A DNA stretch of 42,682 bases from Paraglomus brasilianum. Its lineage: Eukaryota. The translations under genes and the position numbers were made by a program. Positions within the stretch are counted from its first letter, which is position 1, and each line of letters opens with the position of its first letter. Location: positions 1-42,682 of the forward strand of contig CAJVPI010000205.1 in the NCBI GenBank assembly GCA_910592345.1, written 5' to 3'. Positions 24,500 to 36,168 of this stretch are shown one piece after another. A model generated the notes under the pieces. That model saw only the letters and a program-made list of their open reading frames with translations. It ran no database searches and was not told the origin of the DNA.

Positions 24500-25464
24500 T
24501 GCGTCATTCTCCACGGTTTTTGGATAACAATGCATTGAAACTATCAGTTCTGTTTCTTCCGGAAAGTTATAAGTAGAGTTTATTTCTTCTTTTCATAGTT
24601 TTAATGCTTCTTTTCCTAAAGGAATATTAACGTGAAAGCCATGACAATCCGTATTCGCTTCAATCTTATTCATTAGCTTTTAAGCATACTCCAATGTCGT
24701 TTCAAGTTTCTTGGTCAATTGCGTGAATGTTATTAGCTAGCTTAGCTCTAGTAGCGATAGTTACCACTCCCGGTAAAACTAACTTGCTGAAATCAATACA
24801 TTTACATTCTTTCAAGTCGGTTAGTTTCATTATTAATTTGTCAGTTTTGCTAATTAGGCCTTTCTGAGTTAGGTGTAAGGTAGTTTCTAACTGCCTTTTA
24901 TAGTTATCAAATTCAGGATGAGGGTTGTATTTTTCCTCAGGTGGTACTCCAGTGTTACTGCCATATTTTTTGTATACTTGGGTACTAAACGTAAGTAAAA
25001 GTGAAGAGGTTGGTCTTGACATAGTATTCCAGCAGCAATACCAATCACGTAACCGAAAGGATTGTAGACTCGGTCTATTTTTTGAATGCTTTCTTTTAAA
25101 GCTGGTCTCATTATTGAGCAGTCATGGTGCGAAGATCTTCAGTGTGATAATGACAGTGTGAGTTTTAGTAAAAGGTCTGTTAATTAATGTGTGCGAAAAC
25201 AATGCCTTGCTCAGGAAAGAGATTTTGTTTGAACACGTCATGCGCTTTTTTCTTTTCATAATACAAGTGGCTCGCGATATTGTAAGAAAGTGATCGGGAC
25301 CCATAGTAAAAAATCTTAGAATCTTTCTTATACCGAGAGTTTATTAGTAACTTTCTTATATAGAGATAGTTTCATATAGACTATTTTTTAGATCAACTTT
25401 CTTATATCAAATTTTAATTAGTGTTTCTTATATCGAGAGCTTCTTATATCGAGTTTCACTTGTA
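24500..25464 (-). mobile_element. Decayed DNA-transposon-like element: pogo-type terminus plus broken ORFs of unknown family
   Basis: Repeated TTCTTATATCGAG-like motifs at 25325-25453 ending in GTTTCACTTGTA (reverse complement TACAAGTGAAACTCGATATAAG, a pogo-style TIR). Frameshifted minus-strand ORFs lie internal to it. Partner TIR not found; left boundary approximate. Confidence 0.5.
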
Positions 25465-26526
25465 AATAAAATTTTATATAAGAATGGATATCACACTTCG
25501 AATATTAACCATTTTTCGGAAAAAGCACATGTTTTCCTAGCAATTGTTAACGATATCGTTTTATCGTTCGTAGTGATCATTTTACTTATTCATTAGTGCT
25601 GCGTATCGGTGGTTTTGGACAAGTGATATCGAAAGGCCAAATATAATTACAAAAGTACTCTTGCCGGTCATACTTCATCTTCAGTAACTTGAATTCCTGG
25701 AAAGGACCATTAGCAACAGGAGTTTTTATTCCGCAAAAGGATAGTGAAATGCTAATAGAGAAACCGTCAGACTAATTGCAACGGTATTCTCGCAACCTAC
25801 TTACACTGTACTGAAACAACTGATCCGTATTGCAGACTTTTTTACTACTTCAACCACATGACTCCGCCACCGCATCGCATATTTGAATTTAGTTGTTGAG
25901 CTCAATGCTTTCATAATAACCTGCGATTACTAAGATCAAATCGTAGTATTGTTTTTGTTTTGCCCTCCTGCGTTGTCACATGTAACCTTCATTCCGTCAA
26001 AGACTAATAACGAGAAATTGATAATAAAAATAAAATTTCATAGTGAAAAATCGGAAAATCGGTTATGTTCAAGATCCACTCCAATTATTATTGTTCGTCA
26101 AACGAGTTCTCATCTTCTTTTTAACAGTTTCGTTATGTTATAAGAAATGTTAATTAAAAATCGCTTATTCTAACTACATAAAAATTTCACCCGCTCAGGG
26201 AAGACTTCTCGATCTGGAAGAAATTCTTGGCGGTAATAAGTAATCTCACAGTTTTGGAAAAATTTGGCAAAAGCCTTAAATTTATTTTAAAAATTATTCT
26301 CCTCACAAAATACGTACAAAGATATACTATCATTTTCAATATGTGTGAGTAGAAACCCTCATGTTAAGAATAAATAATCAGAATACGACTTTAATTTCTT
26401 ATTATGGTAATGGATCTGACCAGATATATAGTGACCATATTTTGGCACACCGCGCTGTGACTCGAATCAAGAGTAGAATCAATAGCGTCTAGTTTCTGGC
26501 AGATTTGATGCAGAATACGACGTACA

Positions 26527-26675
26527 CAGTCAAACCCGTTAATCCGAACCCTGTTTAACCGAAGGACTGAGCTAAACCGAAGGTAGGTTCTAAAACTTCT
26601 ATATTAAATTTACCCCGATAAACCGAATTTCTTAGCATTTCCCACCTATGCATTTCGGTTTAACGGGTTTCACTA
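26527..26675. mobile_element. MITE (~149 bp), Tc1/mariner-pogo type
   Basis: TIRs CAGTCAAACCCGTTAATCCGAA ... TTCGGTTTAACGGGTTTCACTA with internal AACCGAA subterminal motifs. Related motifs at ~5193-5212 and ~40192-40325. Confidence 0.75.
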
Positions 26676-26876
26676 TTACTATGTATACTCCTTAACTACG
26701 TGTCATATCTTTATGTGAATGTCTAGACCTCTCAGTCGAACAACTGCTGGTCAACAGCATAGATAATCTGTTGCAACATATCAATCAAGTATCACCTTGT
26801 GAAGAAAAGTCCAGGCGAACGTCTACCCCCCTGTATCTCTTTTGATACTGACATTTCTAACACATGGATTATTTAC

Positions 26877-28374
26877 TCAATCGACATTAAATAATAATTT
26901 CATTCTATCATACACTGTAAAAGATACTGCGACCATTGGCGTCACTTTCAAATAACCAATAGTCAACCCGACAAAAAATCCCCTAAACTTGTTTTGCATC
27001 CAAATAGTCCTTGTTGTTTCCCAAATTCCCACAAATCTTGCCGGATCCAAAGCTCCATACACTTGCATTCTCCTTCGAATAACCTCAAACGGATACGATA
27101 CTGTCTGTGCTATTGCTCCAGATAACCCTCCAACAACCATCTCAGCCCATGTTTTCAATGGTGCTCTCCTCTTCTGACCACGTCCGTCGAGTTTATCACG
27201 AACGAGAGAAGGATCTGTCGTTAGTTCCGTCAGCCTATTGCGGCAGAATTCGGATAAAGCATGATGAGTTAGAAATGAAACTCCAGCGTACGGTACCATG
27301 CCCATGATCGTGGGCAATAGTCCACGGTAGAAATTTCTCAGAGGGAAATGAAACAATACGCGACGAGAGGCAGCGGGTTCGCTGTAGATTTGAGAATAGA
27401 TGCTGCGTAGGCCTATTCGCGTGTCTTTGCGAATTTCAAAAGCCAGGCGGACACGAACAAGTTCTAGTGGGTATGTTACTAGCACAGACGTTATGCCTTT
27501 GAAAATGTAAAGGAAAATTTTTTTGTTTGTTAGAAGAGAAATCAGTGTTGAGAAGACGCATTCTATTGATCAAAACAATTTCACACCGGCAAGAGACCCT
27601 GCCACGAACTGCCTAATAGAATTTTCGGATGCTCGCGTTGGCATCAGTATCTAAAGATAGAAAATAGATCCGTGAGAAATGAAAAGATCTGAATGATAAG
27701 AACGACTCGTTGATCCGAAAATTACGCTAAATCTCATTAAAACTTCTGATCCGATTCCTTATCACCCATACATGTTTAAACTGTTCGTAAGCTACAAATT
27801 TCACAGCCGCATATGGGAATATTCTTATGAGCGTTGCCGAATGGCCTTGAAACAGGCCTCGATACCCATCGAGTATGTACAGTTGTCGGGCTACTTGGAA
27901 TACCCCTAACCATGATCCTATGTTTGTGATTTAATAGCTAGTGATAAGTCGTAGAAAGAAGCTTTTCTTATCCTTATTTTTAGAAGGCCTGAACTGACTT
28001 ACGGGGTTTTACCTGCATATTTTTGAAATTTGGGATTGCTGGCCTGGAAGAGGATCTTTACCCGATCGAGAGGTGCTATGACTGTTTTTGCCTAAGTGTG
28101 TAAGAAGCTGCATACTTTAGTCTTGGTCTAGTAAAGAGAGTTCGTCTCGGGATTACGTTGCAAATTCCGAAAATGGATTACGTACCATACAACCAGCTAT
28201 TCCTCCAGCTGCAGCAGTCCGTATTATATAGCTCGCACTGTGTTTGTCATGATATCGCTTATATATTGATTCCTGTTCAGCATTATATAAGGCAGTAGTT
28301 GTCATTGTAGCGTTTGTTGTTGCAGTTGCACTGCTCGTTTTTCCTGCTGTTGCTACTGCTCGTGTCGTAGACAT
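26877..28374 (-). CDS. LEU5: Mitochondrial coenzyme A carrier (Leu5/SLC25A16 family), 5 exons
   Basis: Exons 28374-28186, 28091-28013, 27917-27772, 27650-27587, 27496-26877. Motifs [104 protein letters not shown]. Confidence 0.92.
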
Positions 28375-28458
28375 GTCTACGCCAAGTATATATATGTTTT
28401 CAATTAGTGTACTGTAATAGTAATATTATATCCAGATTGATTGTCACATGATTGATAA

Positions 28459-28837
28459 AATTTACCTGCCAGGTCGCACAGCCTGACACGTCGTACAGTC
28501 CATAATATTTCTATTTATGGAGGAGAGGCTAATATTATTAATAACGACAACACAGCAACACAACAAACACAACAATATTATTAATAACAACAACAGTGAT
28601 AATGGCATGTTCTGTCAAATAGACAACTTGGGGGTGAAAAAGGAAATATTTTCGCCGTGTAACATGGATAAATTCTGGTTATCTCTAAAAATACATTTAT
28701 ATTTTAATTTACCTTAACCTGCCATCTGCAGGCTCAAATATTATCCCTTCATTGGACACTCAGATGACTTCTCCTCCGTAAATAGAAATATTATGGACTG
28801 TACGACGTGTCGGGTTGTGCGACCTGGCAGGTAAATT
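28459..28837. mobile_element. MITE/foldback element with 67-bp terminal inverted repeats
   Basis: Arms 28459-28525 and 28771-28837 are reverse complements with 3 mismatches (AATTTACCTGCCAGGTCGCACA...GGAGGAG). Possible TA duplication around CCTGCC...GGCAGG. No coding capacity. Confidence 0.88.
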
Positions 28838-29279
28838 CCTGATAATTAAAAATAAATATGCAATATAAAAACTATACGCTCAGTCATATGATGATCCTTA
28901 ATCGACTAAATAAGCGGTCTTGGGTTTTCTCGAGAGTGTGAACTGCAACAGTACGGACCAGATCTTAATTTAATTACATACTGTATTTCGGGTAATAGAT
29001 GCCTTGTAGAATTAAGTCTATTATCACAGAAATAAAGAAATTTGTTCGGATGTTCAGCAATTTAAATGGATAATAACAAACTAAAATTTAGACGTTCGAG
29101 AAGTTGATTATTTCAACCCGCATTCCCATAAACGCTGAATTGGATTTCTTATATTCCGAATTCCTACAATTGGTCAAAAGATGTTTCGAGCAGCACAAAA
29201 ATCAATTGAGTAGATTATTCATTATTAAACAAAAACAACGCAGCGCATAGTAGTTATTAGTTTCCAGGAGACTGATACA

Positions 29280-29659
29280 CAGTCAGCCTCAATAAGCCGG
29301 CCAACAGGAGCTGGTTCTGGCCGGCTTATCGAGGCGACGAGACCCACGTGATAAAAGATATTTAATTAAACAATTTTATTATTATTATTGTACGTGATAC
29401 TGCTCTAATCGTATAATTATAATGTAGTGACATGTATCTTGGATTAATCGTATGACTGGATTTATTATTATAACAACGGTTCGGATCATACGATTTAATA
29501 ACATGTTTATTTTAAACGAATGATAATTGCCGTACGAGTTGTGATCAACCAGTTAAATTTGACAAAACCCATGTCACCTATTACGAATCACGTGGACCGG
29601 CTTACAGCTTATCGAGAATTTACTATTACATAGTTTGGCCGGCTTATCGAGGCTGACTG
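29280..29659. mobile_element. MITE (~380 bp), pogo-type CAGT...ACTG ends
   Basis: TIRs CAGTCAGCCTCAATAAGCCGGCCAA and TTGGCCGGCTTATCGAGGCTGACTG followed by TA. Extra internal TIR copy at ~29318-29338. Confidence 0.88.
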
Positions 29660-30344
29660 TAATACTTAATTTATACTAAAATATACTCAGGTTTGAATAT
29701 ATTCAGTCGCGTGTCGTTATTTGGGGCCCCGATGTGAGGGCTGTTGTATGTCAATCGGAATTTATGTGTCAATCTAGAATTGACATACCGTATGTCAAAT
29801 TGGAATTGAATAATCAATGAAGGGCAACGTATTTTATTATTTATTAATAATGCATGCATATTAATATTAATATGCGTTAACCATAATATATCATATACTC
29901 GATTTCATGCTTCTTATGTATCAAACGCTAATTGTTTCAGCAAATAGAAGTGAGTTGAGCTTACTACAATCCAAACTTTTTGCTCATTTTTTTAATATAT
30001 TAAGAATAATACTGTTACTGATCGGTCATCCCTCATTGTATCCCCTTCATTTATATCCCACCCTCGGATATAACCTCAATTTTTCCCATATCTATAATAT
30101 TTATTATGATCATGGAACTCGTTATACTATGAATGCTATTTGTGTTACATAAAACATCATGTCATTCTATATATAGGCGATCTACTTCCGTATTACTTAG
30201 TATTAGATCTCTTAAATTTATTGGTTGGTTATGTAGTATTAGTATTAGAATTGCAATTGTCTCCAGATCATTTGTAATTTAGGATCTGGTTTGTGGGCTG
30301 ACTCTATGGCCTGAGTAACACGACAGCATAAATACCATTGTCTT

Positions 30345-30851
30345 TAAAAATCAGGTCATATAACACGCCATTTTTCGAATAATATCACTTTCTTATCAGG
30401 TCATTATAACATGCCACTTTTTGTTGAAGATATAATAATAAGGGAAAGTAATATTTACGAAGTTCAAAATCTTTACTAAAGAACTGTGTTCAATTGACCC
30501 ATCACTGATGAATTCTCTTCAAATTAAATTTTTCGTTACCTAAATATGGCCAAACCCGCAAATTCAAGTAACGTAGAAAGAAAAGAAAAAATATATCACT
30601 TGAGGACAAAATCGACATCATTAAAAGGAAAGAAGATAATACCAAGCTGAGCGATGAAAAGTTAAAATTTTTTTAAAACAGAGAGAATTTACAACTGAAA
30701 AAGATATTAGATACGTTCGTGATATAATTCGACGTTTAGATAAGTCGGTAGAAAAGTCTAAACGCCAGAACTTGTTAACAGAATATATTAATATTACCGT
30801 TACCCAATAAAATTGCTTGTGTCTCGGGAGATATAAACGAGGGACGACTGT
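30345..30851 (+). mobile_element. Internally deleted pogo/Tigger-like element
   Basis: N-terminal HTH-like piece from ~30547 (MAKPANSSNVERK / NISLEDKIDIIKRKEDNTKLSDEKL) lies close to a C-terminal-like piece (RDIIRRLDKSVEKSKRQNLLTEYI). Ends in GATATAAACGAGGGACGACTG|TA. Duplicated ATCAGGTCAT(T)ATAACA motif at ~30350-30415. Left boundary approximate. Confidence 0.6.
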
Positions 30852-30988
30852 ATCAAAATCAATAGGTCCTAATTATATTATACAAACGTTCTAAATGAAT
30901 CCAATTTTTGTCGTCTTCTTTCTGCTACTCATATCATATCGTAGCATCGTCACCACCACTAGTAGTACAGTAATTTACATCCATGTAT

Positions 30989-31115
30989 CGGGGTCGGGTT
31001 CATTTCCCCGACAAATGTTCACCAACATTATTTCGAATTTATCCTTTTTTGGTATTTAATTGTCGGGGAAATGAACTGTCAGGGAAGTGATTGTCAGGGA
31101 AATGAACGGATCCCG
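30989..31115. mobile_element. Small MITE (127 bp) with reiterated TGTC(G/A)GGGAAATGA motifs
   Basis: Left CGGGGTCGGGTTCATTTCCCCGACAA versus right TTGTCAGGGAAATGAACGGATCCCG. Three tandem subterminal motifs on the right; flanked by direct TAT. Confidence 0.7.
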
Positions 31116-31930
31116 TATCGAAGCAGGGGGGAAAGAATTCTTCACAAAGAATTCTTCCTTTGGACACTACTAGATCTGCAACAATAATACTCGATTAAAA
31201 GCCTTCTGCTAGTTTCAAAACTATTGTAAAATAAACACAAGATCGAACACTCGAAACACTAAAAACGGCAACTCTTTACTGTTTGCAATAACAATGATAA
31301 TGTGCGCGATTGATTGTATTTGAAACTTGTGCTCATCACGTGAGTAGCACTTGGGACCCCGTATTTGGGGATCGGCAGTTGAACTTATTTTTTAACGTTA
31401 ATATTAATATTAATATAATAATAATGTGACGCAATAACAATAATAATAACAAACGCAAATAAACTGTCTCAAATGACGACGTAACAGTAAATGTGAAATT
31501 GTTTACATAAATGGCCGGTATTTAAATGTATATAATAATAATAATACTATAATTATATCATATCCATTACTAAGAATCCTGGCATTGTGTAAAGATTATT
31601 CTTGCCTTGCCATGATAATAACGTTAGAAATCAAAAAAAAAAAAAAAAACTGTGCGCCATTGCCTTGTAATGAATGCCTCGCTCACTCGTCGGCATGTGA
31701 CAGAAATATCAGACGTCTCCATTTAACAATCCAACTAATTAAAGTTATTTATTGCTATTACCGTTTTTGTTTAGAGGGAAGCGAAACACATCTATAATCT
31801 AGCCGTAAATTTTGATGGTAGTAATGGACTTTTCCTATTAAAGGATGAATGCACTATTGCCAAGATAGTCTGAGTAACGTAACTAGTCGAATAAAGCAGC
31901 ATGGTAAACCGAACAAAGTTTGTTCGACCT

Positions 31931-31991
31931 TTCAATGCTTTTTTACTTCCCTTAATTTGTTTCAACGCTTTTTTACTTCCCTTAATTTGTT
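31931..31991. repeat. 30-bp tandem duplication upstream of the MscS-like gene
   Basis: TTCAA(T/C)GCTTTTTTACTTCCCTTAATTTGT x2. Confidence 0.92.
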
Positions 31992-32165
31992 CTTGTCGCT
32001 GGCGACCGAAGCAATTCCAAGAATCATTGTAAAGCAAGTGATCACATCCCTACCCTCCTCCTTCATCCCTACCCTCCTTCCTTGCCCACCCTTTCCCCCT
32101 TATTCCAATACACTCTCCGATTTCTCAAACTCACATTCCGACTTTTAACCACTCTCCCTCAAACT

Positions 32166-34922
32166 ATGCCTTCGTCAAACTTGCAAGCTGAACCGTACCC
32201 AATAAAGGACAATGCATCGATCTATTCTAGATTTGATGATGATGGCGAAAACCCATCCGTTGCCTCGAATCGAATGTGCTTTACTCGCTTCTGTACATGG
32301 TTTCGTCAAAAATTCAGCGTTGGTACACGCAACTTGGTTTACATCTTCCCTGGTCTAGCAATACTATCTATTCCTGCAGTGTTGGGATGGACAGTTTACA
32401 AGGGCAGATATATTGCCACGGTGCCATTAGAGATCTGGGCATTGTGGCTGGCCATTTGTTGGTTCGCCTTCTTTGCATCGAGATTTGTTATGGCTGTCGC
32501 GCCGGACCTGTTTGGTAAGGATTACGAGGCTGTGTCGGATGAGAAAAGATTTTCGAATAATAGCAGTTAGAAAATTAGGCGGATGAACAAGATTGCATGT
32601 AAATGATTTTTATTAATTTATTAAACCTATTCTAGAATGGATCTTTGGTCTATTTTCATCCAAGGTCAAGAGATATATGGATTATTGGAGACATCTGCAT
32701 TTTTATGTCTCAAATGTCACTTTCTTTCTTGCCGCACTTATCACATTTGATCCAATTATTATCGCCTATAACGGGAACGGTGGAGTGGCTGTTGACTGGC
32801 AAGACACTGCTCATAGAATACTAGCAGGTATGTGGACAAATATTTGAAGTTTTTCGTCTATGGTCACTAGGCGTATTGCCTAATACTGATGCATAATGCT
32901 AATTACTATTCTTATCCCCATCTAGTACTATTTATCTCATCTTGTATTATAGGCCTCGAAAAATTGCTTCTTCAAGTTATAGCCGTCAAATTCCATCAGA
33001 CAACGTATCAAGATCGTATAGCACAGTCAAAGTATCAAATTGCAGTTCTTTCTAAGCTTCTTGCGGTTGCCAAGAAAAGAGTCCGCAGACCTTCGGTTGA
33101 TGCATTGGTCACAAGCAGAGGCTTTGGAAATCAAGGCAAAGGCGGAATTGTCAAGATCTTTAAAACAACTAAAAATGCTATTGAGAAGACTACAAGCGTT
33201 TTGGGACACATGGCTTCGGAGATTACTGGCCAGAAAGTAAGGATTGATGCTACCATTCGTTATTCTTCAAATCCTAGACAATCATCTACTGGCGATATCT
33301 TATAACTAACTCCTACGTTCGCTCTCAGTTTGACCCGAACGCAAATTTTGCTGAAACTACTGTCTTACATTATCTTCAATCAAGTCATGGTGCACGTGCC
33401 TTGGGCCGTCGTTTATTTCAGGCCTTCTGTCCTCACAAACGCGCCTATCTTACGCTCGATGATGTTCGAGATGCATTCCAGACGGAGGATGAGGCTGAAA
33501 ATGCATTTTACATGTTTGATAAGGATGGCAACGGAGATTTAACCAAGGAAGAGATGCTTATATCGTGTGTTGAATCTTACAAAGAACGTCAAGCTATTTC
33601 TGCCTCTTTACGGTAAATGCAAGAGCAATGAATACAAGATGCAGAGAGAGCAAATTGTACTGTATAACGTGATCTGACTCGTATATTTTCTGTATTGTTA
33701 GCGATTTAGATAACGCCGTGGGGAAATTGGATTCTATCTTGATGGTTGCAATTTATGTAAGTTAAGTTGTAATTAAATGTTCGATATTGCGATTGTTATA
33801 TTGTTCGCATTCTAACGCATGATATTGCATCGGTCATAGTTCGTTATAATTCTCCTCTTTATTGCCTTTTTGAATGTGTCATTCCAGACATATATTGCAA
33901 CAGCCGGATCGGTCCTAGTTGCACTTTCATTTATGGTTGGGTCAACTGCCCAGGCAGTCTTTGAGAGTATAATCTTTCTGTTTGTTCGACATCCGTTCGA
34001 CGTTGGTGAGTGTTAGAATAGATTGAAGACCATATGAATTCAACATTTACGTTAGAGATACGCGTATATCTTATATTCCGTGCTATTACTATTGAATAGG
34101 CGATCGCGTAGTCATAGAAGGGGAAACATACATTGTCAACGAAATGTCTTTAATGACTACTACGCTAACTCGTAGCGATGGTCGACAAGTACACGTCGCC
34201 AACAAAAGCTTGACGGAGCTTTTCATTCATAACATTCGACGCTCAGGACATATGACGGATGAAACATTTATTGAAGTTGATTTCTACACGTCGTTTGAGC
34301 AGATTGAAGCACTGCGGAAGCGAATGGTGGAATTCTTGAAAACGGAAGAAAGAGATTTTTATCCACAACTCGAATTAACCGTTGAGAAGTTAGTAAAGCT
34401 CAGGCAAATATTGATCAAGATAAGTGTTATCCATAAAAGCAATTGGCAAGACGATGGCCTAACATCGAGACGAAAAAATAAGGCAAGTTGAGTTGCGCAA
34501 TATAGAACCGATGCAATTCATGACGACTCCAACTGACAAATCTCTTCATCCTGCAGTTCATGTGCATGTTGAAAACAGTAATAATTGAACTCGATATTCA
34601 AGGGCCGTACGGTTCACCAAACTTTCCAGCAGACAGAATGATTACTCCGAATCGTTCTCTTCGTAACCCCCATAATCATTCATCCAATGATGCCCGCAAG
34701 GCTGATTTTACTCTTGGTGTCAAGAGTGACGTATTTGACGTGGATGAAAATAGATCGAACAGACAGTCGATAAGGAGGCGAAAGACCGAAAGACATACTT
34801 TTGGGAGTGATGAGGAGGATGAGGTACATAATCATAAGCAAGAATTGGAACCCGGTCGAGTCGATATTGTGGTTCCTGACGAAAAAGCAAAGTCGGACAA
34901 TAATTACAATAATTACTTCTGA
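32166..34922 (+). CDS. MscS-like mechanosensitive channel with EF-hand (fungal Msy1/Msy2 type), 8 exons
   Basis: ATG 32166 (MPSSNLQAEP). Introns 32515-32635, 32828-32925, 33237-33328, 33613-33701, 33757-33839, 34006-34099, 34483-34556 (last is GC-AG). Motifs EKLLLQVIAVKFHQTTYQDRI, FDKDGNGDLTKEE (EF-hand), IFLFVRHPFDVGDRV, FIHNIRRSG, HKSNWQD...RRKNKFM. Confidence 0.93.
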
Positions 34923-35208
34923 ACGATAATAATGAACTATTATGTAATATTTTACCTATTGTATAATATGCGTTCGTATTTTCCATATATAGAAATATCG
35001 TTCGTGCACAGTAAAACGTCATTTGTTATTGTTCTATTTAGTCACATGTCAAGTTTTTCAGTACAACAATTTACAAGTCATCTGCGATTATGAATATAAT
35101 TACATGAACGATTAAAATGTAAAATCAAAATTAAGTGTTATTAACTAGACCAACAATCAAAATGCATCTAAACTGAAAGTCCATCCGTTGAGTCTCACTT
35201 GTTCATTC

Positions 35209-35273
35209 TCTTTTTTTCCTTTTCTTTTTCTTTTTCTTTTTCTTTCTTTTTCTTTTTCTTTTTTTCTTTCTCT
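35209..35273. repeat. (TTTTTC)n pyrimidine microsatellite
   Basis: Directly visible T-rich tract between the convergent MscS-like and F-box-like genes. Confidence 0.85.
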
Positions 35274-35316
35274 TCGGTTCGTTTAACCGACGAATGCTCT
35301 CATACCATCAATTGTA

Positions 35317-36168
35317 TTAATGCCCCAAGAATACAAACACGTTCTCCTCTTCCTCTTTCAATTCCATTCTTCCAGATAACATATTTTCAAGTATCTCAAC
35401 ATCCAATTCCGAGCATCGCTCGAATCTCAATTCCGTCAATTTAGGTGGCACCTTTTTATTAAACTCTGCGCGTGATATATATGCATCGGATATGCCACAT
35501 TCGATAAAAGTAATCTTCTTTAAGCTCTCCTTTTGTGGTTCCACAAAATCGTAATACAACTGCAGAATATCTCCTCGACCATGCAACAGAGTGAGTTCTT
35601 CCAATGCTTGTTGAAGTCTGATTGTTTTCATTGCGAGCTGATAAAAGTATGTAGAGATATTCAATTTGAGGGAAGTGAGAGTGCGAGGAAAGAAACAACT
35701 CCTCCATGGGTTAACATAGGATTCTGTGAGCGAAATGTGGGTTAACCGTTGTGAGCTAGTCACAAACAGTTTGAGTAATGCATCGAATATGTTAAGTCTA
35801 CTTGCATACGACGAAAACCACCCAGTCCCGATAAGAACTCCAACTATTATATGATCATCAAGTCTATCAATATATTGACCATAGTTCACGGTGGGCAAAG
35901 CTTCGTTCTGTGATAGGATGTTTCTCTTGATATAATATTTTCTTTGAGTACGAGTGAGACAAGAGACATAAGTGCGAATCAATGCTCTACAAGACGATTC
36001 CTTGTACTTTAGCTGATGCAAGTGGATAAATGGCATTCTCCATAAGATAGGAGTAATACGTATACGCCAAAAGCGACTAGTCTGTATCCAACAATAGAGA
36101 GAATGAGGGTCATCGTGAAGATGTTCGATGAGCTCTAAGAGCACGTCATGAACTAACGTGGCTGGCAT
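35317..36168 (-). CDS. F-box-like / RNI-LRR-like protein (283 aa, single exon)
   Basis: N-terminus MPATLVHDVLLELIEHLHDDPHSLYCWIQTSRFWRIRITPILWRMPF...LIRTYVSCL...NYGQYIDRLD resembles the F-box-like family expanded in Mucoromycota; C-terminal LxxLxL repeats. Confidence 0.8.
   Translation of the reverse strand: MPATLVHDVLLELIEHLHDDPHSLYCWIQTSRFWRIRITPILWRMPFIHLHQLKYKESSCRALIRTYVSCLTRTQRKYYIKRNILSQNEALPTVNYGQYIDRLDDHIIVGVLIGTGWFSSYASRLNIFDALLKLFVTSSQRLTHISLTESYVNPWRSCFFPRTLTSLKLNISTYFYQLAMKTIRLQQALEELTLLHGRGDILQLYYDFVEPQKESLKKITFIECGISDAYISRAEFNKKVPPKLTELRFERCSELDVEILENMLSGRMELKEEEENVFVFLGH

Noticed and set aside
21158..34922. Bestrophin, CoA carrier and MscS as a functional transport gene cluster
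   Set aside because: Unrelated housekeeping families separated by kilobases of TE-rich DNA, with no shared regulatory motif seen.
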